Source of the DNA: Amoebophrya sp. A120
Taxonomy: Eukaryota > Protista > Dinoflagellata
Direction: 5' to 3'
Length of the DNA: 64,000 nt
Assembly (NCBI GenBank): GCA_905178155.1
Contig: CAJINV010000012.1
Location: 553,271-617,270, forward strand
Positions within the stretch are counted from its first letter, which is position 1, and every line of letters starts with the position of its first letter. Positions 1 through 11,779 of the stretch are shown here, piece by piece. The notes beneath the pieces are model-generated. The model had not been told where the DNA came from and made no database searches. It was given only the letters and a program-made list of their open reading frames with translations. The translations under genes were made by a program, and so were the position numbers.

Positions 1-217
1 AGGCTGCAGAGCAAATGTTGGGATCGTGTCGGCTAGTAAATGCGCAGGCGTGAGAACTAGAAGCGACACGCATGCCAGCGGCATGGGATGGTGGGGCGGG
101 CTCCGTTGGGGAGAAATGCAAGATGGTTGGGGCCCACACAAATCAACTATATTTCCCGGGAGCCCCGGGCCGGGGGGTGTTCGATTTTTGATGAACTTCC
201 TTGATTTTCCTTGTCTA

Positions 218-2593
218 AGGTATGTACCGACATTGATATCGCAAGGTACTGCTCATCAACAGAGGACTTTCATGCAGCACCAGTGCAAAGAGGAGGCGGA
301 CTGCGCTGCGCAGCTGTCAGAATCCGAGTGTTCACATGAAGATAAACCGCAGCAGACCGAAGCTAGTCCTAGTACTACCTGAACAAGATGCAAAAGTAGA
401 GCTGTCGTCGTGGTTGCGGACATTTTTGCAGAGGCACCATGTTCCGGAATCTCGAGGACGGGCAGTGGGCCTAATATCCTGCGCAAATCTTCACCTCGGA
501 AGAGGAGGAACTCGACATCTTGGCGATTACGACGTAAGTACTATTGCCGAGTTGTCGATTACCCTGTAGCTCGAATTTCCAGAGGATGACCTTCCTGATG
601 CTCCTAAAAGGCAAAGGGCCTGTTTGGCGCTACGCTTCTAGCATCTACTGTTTTGGAGACCACTTCTGCGGCGTTCGTGTGACGAAGAAAACGTGAAGAT
701 CTCCCGAGTCGTGTGGTACAACTTACTAGTGCCTCTCAAGAAGTCATTTAAGTTGAAAAACGGTCATTTTTCGATAGGCTCGACGACAATACAGGTTCAG
801 TTGTTCATGGTAGAAGAATGAGCTTGATGTAGTTTTTAAAAACTCTAATTACTGAAAAAAACAGATATTTTGTAGACTGCAACCGATTGGCATTGGCAAG
901 AAATCCGGACGAGAGGCCTGCTATACCGAGCCACTTGGAGGTATGTACCGACACTGATTTCGCAAGGTGGTACTGCTCATCAACAGACGAGTTTCATCAT
1001 TCAGCACCAGTGCAAGAGTCTTAGAGAGGAGGCGGACTGCGCATCTGGATCTGTCAGAATCCGAGTTGTCTTCACATAAAGATATTAAACCGCCACAGAC
1101 CGAAGCTAGTACTACCTGAGCGAGATGTCGCTGTGGTTGCGGATTACATTGTCGCAGTGGCACGATGTGCCGGAATCTTGAGGATGGGCGGTGGACCTAA
1201 AATCCTGGGCGAATCTTCACTGCTGGCCAACTTGTTCATCTTCAGCTATTTGCTAATGCTAGTTGCATCAATTGGGATTGTAAATCGAAATCACCGGTTA
1301 CTTTTCACAATGTGTTCTCTCTGGTACGGCTGGGGAGATTTCCTCACTCCGCACTCAGTAACGTCATTCAACTTTCCGGTGGTACTTCTACCACCATCTA
1401 CACCAAAGATCGTCGTCTTAAGGTCGGAACTGCGGCCCGCGGCCCAAGAAGAAGAAGTGGGAATCTAGAAATTAGAAATAAATGGGGCTTTTTCTCGTTT
1501 GCAGAAGCGGCCGCGCGGCGAAAGCGCGGCCCGCAGGGCCGCGCTTTCGCCGCGTGGGCCGCGGCGATGGTAGAAAAAGGTTGGCGGACCTTCGCGCTGA
1601 TTAGATTTTCGCGCACGCATTTGGTTACCAATATCGCCCTCCGGGCGCGACCTTAAGACGAAGGAAGATCCTCCGGGAGGCGCGGAAGAAGAGGAACTCG
1701 ACATCTTGGTGATTACGACGTAAGTACTATTCCCGAGTTGTCGAGGATCTGCCTGTAGCTGAAATTTCGGAGGATGAGCTTCCTGATGCTCCTCAAAGGC
1801 AAAGGGCCTGTTTAGAAGCGCTACAGTACTACTTCTAGCATCTACTGTTTATTATTATTTGGAGACCACTGCGGCATTCGTGTGACGAAGAAAACGTGAA
1901 GATCTCCCGAGTCGTGTGGTACAACTTACTAGTGCCTCTCAAGAAGTTTTTTAAGTTGAAAAACGGTCATCTTTCGATAGGCTCGACGACAATACAGGTT
2001 CAGTTGTTCATGGTAGAAGAACTTCAGCTTGATGTAGTGAAATAAAAACTCTAATTACTGAAAAAAACAGATATTTTGTAGACTGCAAGAACCGATTTTT
2101 GGCATTGGCAAGAAATCCGGATAGCAGGCCTGCTATACCGAGCCACTTGGTATGTACCGAGAGTGATTTCGCAAGGTACTATTCATCAACAGACGAGTTT
2201 CATCATTCAGCACCAGTACAAAAGTCTTAGAGAGGAGGCGGACTGCGCATCTATCAGAATCCGAGCAGTTATCACATAAAGATAAACCGCCACAGACCGA
2301 AGCTAGTTGTACTACCTGAGCGAGATGTCGCAGTGGTTGCGGACATGATTTTCGCAGTGGCACGATGTGCCGGAATCTTGAGGACGGGCGGTGGACCTAA
2401 AATCCTGGGCGAATCTTCACTGCTGGTCAACTTGTTCATCTTCAGCCAATGCTAGTTGCATCAATTGGGATTGCAAATCACCGGTTACTTTTCACGATGT
2501 GTTCTCTCTGGTACGGCTGGGGAGATTTTCTCACCCCGCACTCAATAACGTCATTCAGCTTATTTCCGGTGGTACTTCTACCACCATCTTCAC
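218..2593. repeat. Diverged tandem duplication, period about 1.2 kb (copies ~499-1403 and ~1686-2593, partial third copy ~218-490)
   Basis: Shared blocks such as GAGGAACTCGACATCTTGG.GATTACGACGTAAGTAC at ~505 and ~1691, and GGTATGTACCGA at ~219, ~940 and ~2149. Copies carry many indels and no long ORF. Confidence 0.9.
1413..1661. mobile_element. MITE-like TIR element with TTAA-containing ends and an internal GC hairpin
   Basis: Perfect 14-bp inverted repeat TCGTCTTAAGGTCG (1413-1426) / CGACCTTAAGACGA (1648-1661). Internal 19-bp perfect stem 1514-1532 / 1536-1554. Confidence 0.7.
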
Positions 2594-2763
2594 CACAACA
2601 TCCATAAGGCGTTTTGCTCCATCTCCCGTGTGCCCCGCAGTCCTGACACTTCACTCCGGCGTTGTTTAGCATTTTCACAATGTGGGAATTCGGCGGGTGG
2701 GTGACAGAAGTGGAGTAAATCCCGACCTGCTTCCGCGTGCCCCAGTTGTTGTTCTCGAGCCTT

Positions 2764-2922
2764 TATGCATTGCAAAAGTATCTTCGCACAACTAGTATGA
2801 ATCGCAGGACAAATTTTCTCAAGAAGAGAAGTCGACTTTGTCATGCAAATTCAGGTAAGAAACTAGATTTGTCATGCAGGATTGCGATTAGCACGAGTTG
2901 CACGATACTTTTGCATTCGATA
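2764..2922. mobile_element. TIR introner, family B
   Basis: Ends TATGCATTGCAAAAGTATC ... GATACTTTTGCATTCGATA; degenerate flanks GCCTT/GTGTT. Removal plus 5 bp joins short minus ORFs 2841-3062 and 2590-2844 (EKNT|REQQ). Confidence 0.75.
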
Positions 2923-3013
2923 GTGTTCTTCTCACCCCCAGCCGGTTCTTGATCTGGGGGCAAAACTTGTCGTAAAACATCGTCATGGCCTGGCGATTGT
3001 TGATTTGGGACAG

Positions 3014-3168
3014 TATCCACTGCAAAATAAGTATCGCACTCGTAGTAATTGCTATCGTGCATGACAAATATCCCTTGTTAGGCGAAATAGCATTACAAAT
3101 TGCATTTTTTTTTCTTGAGAAAATTTGTGATGCAATTTATACCACGTACGATACTTTTGCAATGCATA
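3014..3168. mobile_element. TIR introner, family B (opposite orientation to the 2764 copy)
   Basis: Ends TATCCACTGCAAAATAAGTATCGCAC ... GTACGATACTTTTGCAATGCATA; flanks GACAG/GACCG. Host frame not resolved. Confidence 0.8.
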
Positions 3169-4796
3169 GACCGGCAGGCCGAGCAGTAGACGGCCGTGAT
3201 GTTTGTCCCCTTCGTGCGGACGACGGACGGGGCGCCCATGTTGATAGGTCTTCGTAGTGGATGTTTCTCAGTGTCTGCTTGATCTTGTAAGCGTCCACAT
3301 GATTATCTAACAGGACTAAACACCTCTCGTCAGTCTTGTCCCTCGAAGGAGCGCACGAACAACGCGGGAAGAAAATCGCGCTCGCAAACAACAATTGTCA
3401 AAAGACAAAGACGCTAGAAAGGGAAAATGAGCATCAACATTATCACGACCGACATAAAAATAAATCTGGCAAGAAAGGACAACGGATACATATCAAGAAA
3501 GCAGAAAGTACGTCGTGTTCTCGAGGTCACAGGATTGGTACACGACGAGAAGGGGAACGTCTGAGGAGAGAGGTGTCGCAAAAGATGAAGCATCAACAGC
3601 TACAAAGCGTCGAACATAAGACGAGGCAGGAGCAGGACCGACTACCGTCGCCTATGCAGGAAAACGCGGGGTTGGTAGTTCTGTGCTAGCGCACCCTCGG
3701 TTAGGCACCATCATCATCATCTCCCACACAGTTATATCACTTTTATCATCAAATAAGGTGGCACGAGGGCCATCAATGAACTGCATTTCTTCATTTGTTA
3801 TTTTCAGTTTCTGCAAGGGAAATTCATCGTCTGTCTATACATTCACATTTATAGTGATAGTTTTCGAAGGATGCCACCACTCGTGTTAATATTTTTCTCT
3901 CACCAAGACCAATGACTCGATGAAATCGGGCCACTCCTGGGTGAGTGAGACTGATCATAAATCCTCTTGTTCTTTCCAAAATAAGAAAATTCTGCCGTCG
4001 GAGTTGCAAGTCAGAAGTTCTATCTCGTGCCTTCTTCTCAATGGAATTCGAAGAAAATTCCAGAGGGAAAAGTATGTAGATGCTCAGTCGCCGCGTCGTG
4101 TTTGCAAACTCAATTTGGAGTCTGAGCGCACATCAAAAAAATCATCGATATCTATGGAAAGATGATGGCTGAATTTTAGCTCCTCTTTGATCAGGGTTAT
4201 CTCAAAATCAGATACGTGCTTTTTACGTGCAGCTCTGTCGAGATGACGGCACCAGAAGTGCTAATTAGTATGCTATTCAGTGACTGGCAAGCTGCTTGCA
4301 AAAACACTGGCAAGCTCCAAATATGACAATCGATTTTGACAAATCCAAATGTGAGTCTGCTCAATCATGATGCTGCAACTGAAAATCTCTGAATGACAGA
4401 TGTCGCGTATCGGTAAACTAGCACTGCACAAAGATTTTACGTTTGTTGAACGAGCAGCCCGTGAGCCGAGTTAAAAATGGGACTGGGACAGTTCGTCGAG
4501 AAAAAATGTAACGACTTGATTTGTGCATAGTAGCCCCAGCGAGGGGCGAGGAGCTTTCGCACATCGAACTTTGGACGTTTCTTCTAGCTGGGTCGTATGT
4601 TCGCTTGGTTCGGGAGCAGCTTGCTTGGTTGGGCCCAACCGAAGGCTGTAAAATAAACCGGAGTATGTTGTAGTTATAGAGCACAATTATATCAATATTT
4701 ACCATCTCTCCGCTGGGTCTAAAAATTCGCCACTTTTGATGTCCGGCGATGCAAATACTAGGTAGAGCACTGAAAGAGTATACATCGTTTTTTTTT

Positions 4797-4894
4797 GAAG
4801 TAAATTAAAACCTAAAACAAAGATATGGAGTGAAGTAAACTAAAACCTAAAACAAAGATATGGACAGTGAAGTAAACTAAAACCTAAAACAAAG
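4797..4894. repeat. Three-copy ~35-bp tandem repeat
   Basis: GAAGTAAA(C/T)TAAAACCTAAAACAAAG(ATATGGA) three times, bracketed by GTAGAGCACT at ~4762 and ~4897. Confidence 0.85.
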
Positions 4895-5641
4895 TAAGTA
4901 GAGCACTAAGATTGATATGGAGTACTGGCAAGACCAGACGAATAACCGTGCTTGTTTCTAGAAGCAGCTTCAATTATAGCAGAGTCTCGGTTTTGCACTG
5001 GTTCGTCCTGGTACCATAATAGATTGTTTTTCAACATTGTTCCAAAAAAAAAAACAAGAAAAATTTGTTCGCAAATGGAGGCAGCCACACATACTTGCGG
5101 AATTGCATGCAAAATCAGCAAGCTGACCACAAAGAGGTAAAGAAATCAATGTTCTTGGAAATATAAAGAAACTTTTGTTCAGCGGACGGCTACGGTGGCA
5201 TGACAAAGACGATGAAGCTGCCGGGTTTAATATTCCAGCTTCTTGGGTATGGGTCTACTGTGTAGCCACAACTATTTGCGAAGAAAACGAAATTGATCTG
5301 TTGAGTTTTTTCTGATGAAGAGCAAGTTCTTCCTTTTGTCAAATAAGTGTCTTTCTCTGCTTTCTGCATCTTGATGGATGCATGTTCTTCTTTCAAGTTG
5401 TAGAATGAAATCTAAATTTCAAGACTTCTACTTTGAAAGCAGCTGGAGCCAGCAACTATCAAACTATGTATACCTGATGTGCGAACTATGTATACGTGAT
5501 TGATGCTTCACATTCATTTCTATTTTCGAGTTCGACGACAAGAGAGAAAAGATGTTGAGAGCCTACATCGTAGTAGCGCGAAGAACTCTTGTCGTCCAAC
5601 TTTCCTTGTCATACCGGCTACAACTATTGCAGCTTGTGTAG

Positions 5642-6748
5642 TTATTTTCCTGCTCCTTTCATCACCTTTTTCATAACCGCCATGGAAGATGACTTCTTCA
5701 TGCCAGCGCCGCGGGTAGATGTAGAAGTCGCGCTACTGGTACTAGTCTTGGTACTATTCTTTCCAGCTTTCGCTGCTTTACTAGAAGACTTCTTCTTGCT
5801 GGATTTCAGGACGTTTACAGCTTTTTTACTCTTTCCACCGCTTGCAGTTGCAATATGTTTTCCAGTATTCATCTTCGCCTTTGCCGAGCCCATCTTCATC
5901 GGTGTGATCTTCTCGCCACCGGCAGCGGCACTACTCGAGCTAGAACTGCTACTGGTGTTCTTGCCACGACCCTTGGTTGCGCCATTCTTCGCCTTCACAC
6001 CCTTGCTCGTTTTCTTGCTAGATGAAATCGCCAGGAGGCTGGTAGTTTTCTTCATTGCAGGAGTTGCTGAGGTTCTTTTCATCGCGACTCTTTTCATCAC
6101 CGACAATTTTTTAAGAGCGGGCGCTTTATTGTTTTTGGCCGGACGACCGGGCTTCCTCTTCTCTTTGATAATCTTCATCGGCAGTGATGCGGCTTTGTTT
6201 CCAGGGTTCGGGTCGGTACTTCCAGAAGCTGCTGCTGCTACTGGCCCGGTACTAGTACTGGAAGAAGAGGACGAGGAGGATGATGCTGACGCCGCGCCAG
6301 AAGATGCTAGTCCTGTCGTTGTTCCACCCACGGTCTTTTTCGGCCGGCCCCGTGGCTTCTTTGCAGCTACTGGATTTTTACTTCCGGGCCCCTCGTGGTC
6401 CGCAGCTGAAATCCTTTTCAGAGAAGTATCTTTGTTTTCATCCTGCTGGCCGAGCACCAAGTTGATCTTCTTTGTCTCGCTGCCTGCGTTCTTTTTATTT
6501 CCTACTTGAGAAATAACTTTCGGTAGTGGCAAGCTCGGCTGTTGTTCTCCTTCAGAAGCTCTTTTCATCTTGAACGCCATGTGGGGAAATGCACGAAGAG
6601 CTTCAGCACGTGCACGTGCTGGAACTACAAGCTCAGCATGACTCGCTTGCTCGTCGCCCGCGACGTAGTTCTCCGGCTCCTTCATCTTCGTGCGGCCGAT
6701 CAAGATCTTGCCGCTTTTCGTTTCCTGTTTTTTGTTAAAAGGCAACAT
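5642..6748 (-). CDS. Lys/Ser-rich basic protein with AT-hook-like motifs (possibly the last exon of the upstream LRR gene)
   Basis: 368-aa ORF with KKPRGRPKK and KRKPGRPAK and a histone-H1-like Lys/Ala/Ser-rich tail. Confidence 0.65.
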   Translation of the reverse strand: MLPFNKKQETKSGKILIGRTKMKEPENYVAGDEQASHAELVVPARARAEALRAFPHMAFKMKRASEGEQQPSLPLPKVISQVGNKKNAGSETKKINLVLGQQDENKDTSLKRISAADHEGPGSKNPVAAKKPRGRPKKTVGGTTTGLASSGAASASSSSSSSSSTSTGPVAAAASGSTDPNPGNKAASLPMKIIKEKRKPGRPAKNNKAPALKKLSVMKRVAMKRTSATPAMKKTTSLLAISSSKKTSKGVKAKNGATKGRGKNTSSSSSSSSAAAGGEKITPMKMGSAKAKMNTGKHIATASGGKSKKAVNVLKSSKKKSSSKAAKAGKNSTKTSTSSATSTSTRGAGMKKSSSMAVMKKVMKGAGK

Positions 6749-6884
6749 GTACTACGGAACAACTGCAAGCTGTATCTGAAGACTTTTGACAACACGTCGC
6801 AAGATACGACTGATGAACTGGCGCCATCTGCGGAAGTACGGTATGTAATTAGCACCATGAAGATCGCAATGCAGCGATTTTGTT

Positions 6885-9800
6885 CTATACCAGCAGCTTT
6901 TTCTCCTCGGTTGAGAAACCCTGTATCGCTTTTTCGAAGCCATCCTCCCGGGCTTTTCTGTCGTTGTCCTCCTCGCTGCCGGTCTTGTCCTCGTCCCCTG
7001 CAGGTTGCAAGAAGGTCTTGTTCTGCAAGTCAACATTCTTTGCTTGGTAGTACTTGATCAGATCCTTGACGTCAAATTTCTTGGGCGTCTCATTGCTGGA
7101 TGAAAGAAGGGTGGGGTTGTTACTGTTTTGATCCAGGAACTTTTTCTGGTCGACACGGAACCCTTCAACATCCTCGGAGGTCGTTGTTGGAGCACAAATG
7201 GCCACCTTAGCGGCCTTACTGGTGCTCGCCGCGGCAGTGGTACTTCTAGATGATCCAATTGCCTGTTGTAGAAGTGGTTCCGGTCCCGTCTGAAGAGGAG
7301 GTTTTACTTGCTTGCCCGCAATACAAGCAGAGGACGAAGAACTTGTAGATGAAGAAACCTGTAATGCGCAATCTGAAACTACATGAAACATTGTCGCACG
7401 CATAGACGGCCAAAGCCAACAATTTTGAAGAAGCCAAATCTGACATAACAAGGCTAGCGATACAATACACTCGCATGCACATGTAGATCAAATGCATCAC
7501 CAAAAAATGCAAATGGATAAAACAAGGTCCAGGATCACGATGAGTTTCCTAAAACACTGGATAAATAAATACCAGTGCTGTATTTGCTGCGCGACCGCCA
7601 ACAACATTAGACGAGGAAGCCGAACTACTCGACGTCGCGCCCTGCAAACTCGTTTTTTGTACGTTGCACGACTTGGTAGCTCTTTTCGCATCGAGGCTGT
7701 CCGCAGCTCCTGCGGATGTAGAAGGTACCTGTTTTTTTGTTCGTGTCGATACCAATCATACGAGCCGCGAACTCGAGTTCATAATATTGAAGTGCCCATG
7801 ATCTGCCCAATTCTCGCACGAAGCACCAAATGGAAACATAGATTCCACAGTGGAAACAATTCTTCTTTCATCTTGTCCACAGGGAGTAATAAATAAGTAC
7901 CGTTGTTTTTGCTCTTCCCGCGCCTTTGACCTTTTTCAGGAGTTGATTCTCCTTGCCGCCAGCACTATCCTCTTCCGCTGCTGGTGCGTGCTTTTCATCC
8001 TTTTCCTTGTCCACCGCCGCCCGACCCCTCTTCGACGAACTCGCTGCGCTGCTCTCCGCGTTTGCACTGGCACTCTTCGCTGCCATCGCTCCTACCATCG
8101 AGCCTTCCAGGTCCGTGCTCGACTTTGTCTTTGACAAGGAGAAGAGTATACCGGACCCATGCGCATCTAGCAGTTTCTCGCCGTCCAAAACTTTCAACGA
8201 GGGGCAGGCCTGTTTTTCGTATATTTGGTGTTTGTTTTTCATTTTTGTTTTTCACTTCGAGAGGGCATCGAAAGCAACGCGCTTTTTTAAATCTAGTCAT
8301 GCACGGCAAATCTCACTGCGGACAGCAATTATACTGCAAGAATTTTCTCCCGCATCTCGGTTGGCTCCGGGCGGAGACGCAAGGGCATCAAGGGATAGTC
8401 GTTTCCCGTTATGCATCGCAATTGCGTCTGAGTCTGTACTAAAACAAAGGTATATTCTTAGTCTACATATTCCATGGAAAGTGGCTGGATCATCGCATAA
8501 GAACCAACAAACGCGCAGCTTCGTTTGTCATGCAAAGACGAAGCTTTTTGTTTTTCTTCTGTGCGCGGTGTGCACAGAAGAAGGCGCGACGCAATATGCT
8601 TGTCATGCTTAGCAGCTGCATTTGCTGGAGTGTTTTAAAAATCTTCCACAACCTCGTACGATCACAAGTTACAATTCCAGAACTACACTCAGACAGATTT
8701 TCACTTCCGTACCCTTGTAGAAGGTGTACCATTGCAGCGATCCCCTCGCCTCCAGTACTTCCAGCTGTGGCACCGCTGCGAGTCCCTCTTCGGCTTCGCG
8801 CAGCCCCAGATGTTCACTTCCCTGCACGCTCAAAGTTTTCAAATTCCGGAAGCAGTCGCTCGCGAGAAAATCCAGGTTTTTGATACCAGTGTTCTGCAAG
8901 GTCAGTACCTGTAGAATTTCTAGGTTCGGATTCCGTTTCATTGTTCATTTGACTGATATCTTCATGCTTATTCTCCGTGCAACATCAAGGTTACTTTTGA
9001 AGAGGTCGACCTTCAGTATGATGATGATCCTGCCATGATTCATTATTGCATTTGCGCGGCGCGACAATCTTTTTACATGAACCTTCACGGGCCAACAGGA
9101 ATTGACGAAAGAAGGTGAACCTCAAGAGACGAAGTCCCGCCCGGAAGCCCACAACTTCCGTCCACTGTTTCAAGTCCATCCAAAGCTTCACAATCCACGA
9201 TTCCCAGCTCCCGCAAGTTTGGGCACATCGAGAAGAGATCCTGGAGACCAGAGGATGGAATTGTGTATCAAATGCAAATGTCGTGTCTGGGTCTGGAAGA
9301 TTGGAAAACTTGTCATGCACATTTTGCACGACCCACGATGTAGTCCGTGATGTATGCGGTAGCATCACAGATTTTGTGAAGGCTTCCCGATGCCTATCCC
9401 GCATGAGAAATGCCCTAGGAAAAACAGGACTTCTCTTGCTGGTCATGCAATGCAGATGTTTTTAGAATCCAAGAACAGCATCACAAGTTGGATCCTTCCA
9501 GACCCAGACATATTTGCAGTTGATATTGTGTCGTTTGGAAAACACCAGTCGACGTCGTTAAAAACCAGTTTCGTGGTGGATTGCAGAACCGCATTGATTT
9601 GCTCTTCTCGCGAAAGCTGCTTTTTTGACTCCTGTTTGTCATCTCGGGTCGTGGATGATGATGATGATGATGATGAAGAGGTGGTGCTAGACTTGGAATT
9701 GGAGCTACTGCCTGTAGAAGTACCAGGCGAGGTGTTATTCGTGCTAGACGCGTTCGCGTTCTCCTCCTCCGCTGCTGCTCTCCTCTGGGGTAGTATGCAC

Positions 9801-10469
9801 AGGAACATCAAATTCGACGCACTACACGACGTTGGATCGTGATCATGTGCATTTTGCTGACCTCCAACCTCAAACTCAATTTGCTGTACAAATGAAGTCC
9901 TCTCATGCTCACTATTTCTTTTTGGGTTCTTGCCAAAATGAAAACTCAGAGGGCCAGCACTTTCTGCACGTCATGTTGTGCGGCAAATTTGTGTTCTTGC
10001 ATATCCAGCACACGCTCTGCGTACGACGTCAGCGTTTTCGAGATCGACGAAATTTCGTGGTTGGGATATTGTACTCGAACAAAATACTCAGATTCAGTGT
10101 CGTCCACCGTCCTCGCTTGTTTGCGTTGCCGCTTGATATTACCGCTGGTACTATTTTCTTTTGCTCCGCCACCAGCACCGCCTAATGACTGTCCTGCAAC
10201 ATCAGGACCATTGGCCTCCGATGCCAACACTAGGTTTTTCACCTGGGAGATCATGTTGTCGACAAATTCGAACATTTTTTTTTGTGTATTTTCACCTGTA
10301 GTTCCTGACAAAGACAAACGGTTGCTCCGATCTTTGATCTTCGTTCACAACTCATCATTTGTACTACGGAATTCGCACTAGTCAGTACTTTTTCTCCACG
10401 GAGCGCGAGAAGTCGGTCACTGCTCAACACCATGCTGGAAGAAGAAGAAGAAGATGCTTGCGGAGCCAT
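6885..10469 (-). CDS. Multi-exon leucine-rich-repeat protein; exon structure only partly resolved
   Basis: LRR-like peptides NLEILQVLTLQNTGIKNLDFL, FRNLKTLSVQGS and VPQLEVLEARG (8669-8941), plus LFSMCPNLRELGIVDCEAL recovered after removing 9266-9525 plus 5 bp. Chain of minus ORFs from MAPQASSS (ATG at 10469). Confidence 0.6.
7359..7572 (-). other. Canonical GT-AG intron candidate
   Basis: Minus strand CTG|GTATTT ... CATTACAG|GTT joins ORF 7549-7755 in frame to ORF 6885-7451 (ANTAL|VSSSTS). Confidence 0.6.
9266..9525. mobile_element. TIR introner, family A
   Basis: Ends TATCAAATGCAAATG..TGTCTGGGTCTGGAAG ... CTTCCAGACCCAGACATATTTGCAGTTGATA; perfect TTGTG duplication. Removal gives CFPNDT|IPSSGLQDLFSMCPNL. 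Confidence 0.92.
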
Positions 10470-11779
10470 ATTATGCAGCCTGCTCCTTCCGTAGATTTTC
10501 TTATTCTTCTCGCCCCCAGCAACGAGACGGGCACCACCTCGAGGTGGAGAGGAAGCGCCACCAGGACCGCCCCACGCGCCGTCGCGGCAGCGGCTGTAAC
10601 CCCTCTTGCTCATTTCGAGAGTCGGTCTATTGTATCCGTCGGGTGGAGGGAAGGTGAGCTACGGTTTTGAGATGTAGGCGGTACTTATTTTCTGTGCTGC
10701 ACACTGCGCTTTTGAGTATTGTTCACGTGCTTTTTCAAGAGAAAAAGGGATCTAAATCTGAGAAGGTAAGTAGTCGCGGTCGAGAATACAAAGTACTTAA
10801 AGAAGTGCGTGTACTAGTACAATAATCTGACAGCAATCTTCTTTGTGTTGTCACACATTATGATTTATTCCACCTTCGTTCTTCTTTCAGAAAGAGAAAT
10901 TTTCAGCCCTACCAATGTCGTTCCCGACCAATAAAGCCAGTACTAGCAGATTTTTGTCAAATCTCGTTCCCGACGAAAACCGTACTTTACTACTAATAGC
11001 AGATTTGTTACGGTAAAGATATTTTTTGTCGTTTTGTCGCTCGTAGTTGCAGTTACCTACTTCATCATACACAAAAGAGTAGTCTTTATTCCGTCGCCTT
11101 GTCTTGACAAGACAGTCTTCACTTCATTTTCATGTTCTATTTCTCTCTGTATCCTTTGTAACGAAAGTGCTTTACTTCCTCTTTGACCTGCTGTGGAAAT
11201 TTCTGAAGTGGTAAGGAATTCATAACTCGGGTGGGTTAGTGTTTGCTAACGAAAACAACAGCGCACTGGCCTCCGCTTGAGTCGGCTCCAGCAAACCTTG
11301 CGCAACTACTAGGCGGCCATGTACAAACCCGCGACGCGCCAGCTTCTACTGTTGCAGCTGTGGCGCAAGACAACATGGATGTAAGTACTTACATAGTTTG
11401 CAGCTCCATAGAGGAATCGACTTAATGGAAGCTGATGGATCGGGGTGTGTAGTTGTGAGGATCTTTTGTCATGATTGACCAGAAGCCGCGAATAAAACAC
11501 GCAACTGTCTCAACATGGAACAAAGCTGTCGCTGTGATCAGACGGCAGGGCGAGCTATTTCCACTACCAGAAGCTACAACCCTCCAGCCACAATATCGCA
11601 ACCCTTCGAATTTCAGAAAGTCCCGCCCTTCCTGATGCAGATATTCTTAATATCATGAACATGATTAATATTAGCCAGCGCCAGCAGGAGTCCTTGCCGA
11701 GATCGGCGCGCGAGGTCACTCCTCGTTGTCGTTCAGGCGCAGCAAATTCTAACTCTTGGCCCATAAGCATGATACATAC

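Noticed and set aside
3169-4705. Minus-strand gene from fragmented ORFs
   Set aside because: Protein-like patches but stops in every frame and no resolvable introns.
4797-4894. CRISPR-like or telomeric array
   Set aside because: No unique spacers, no cas genes, eukaryotic context; not a clean TTTAGGG repeat.
5589-6509. 306-aa hydrophobic plus-strand ORF
   Set aside because: Antisense shadow of the Lys-rich minus ORF; hydrophobicity follows from complementary AAA/AAG codons.
8410-8611. Possible further introner (TATGCATCGCAATTGCGTC ... GACGCAAT...TGCTTA) with TTGTCATGC motifs
   Set aside because: No flanking duplication, ends in TTA, and the element+5 rule did not give an open frame; probably an intron but borders are unsupported.
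9390-9530. Recurring peptides LPDPDIF / KMSGSGR / KNVWVWK in many ORFs, suggesting a protein domain
   Set aside because: They are translations of the family A TIR, not a protein family.
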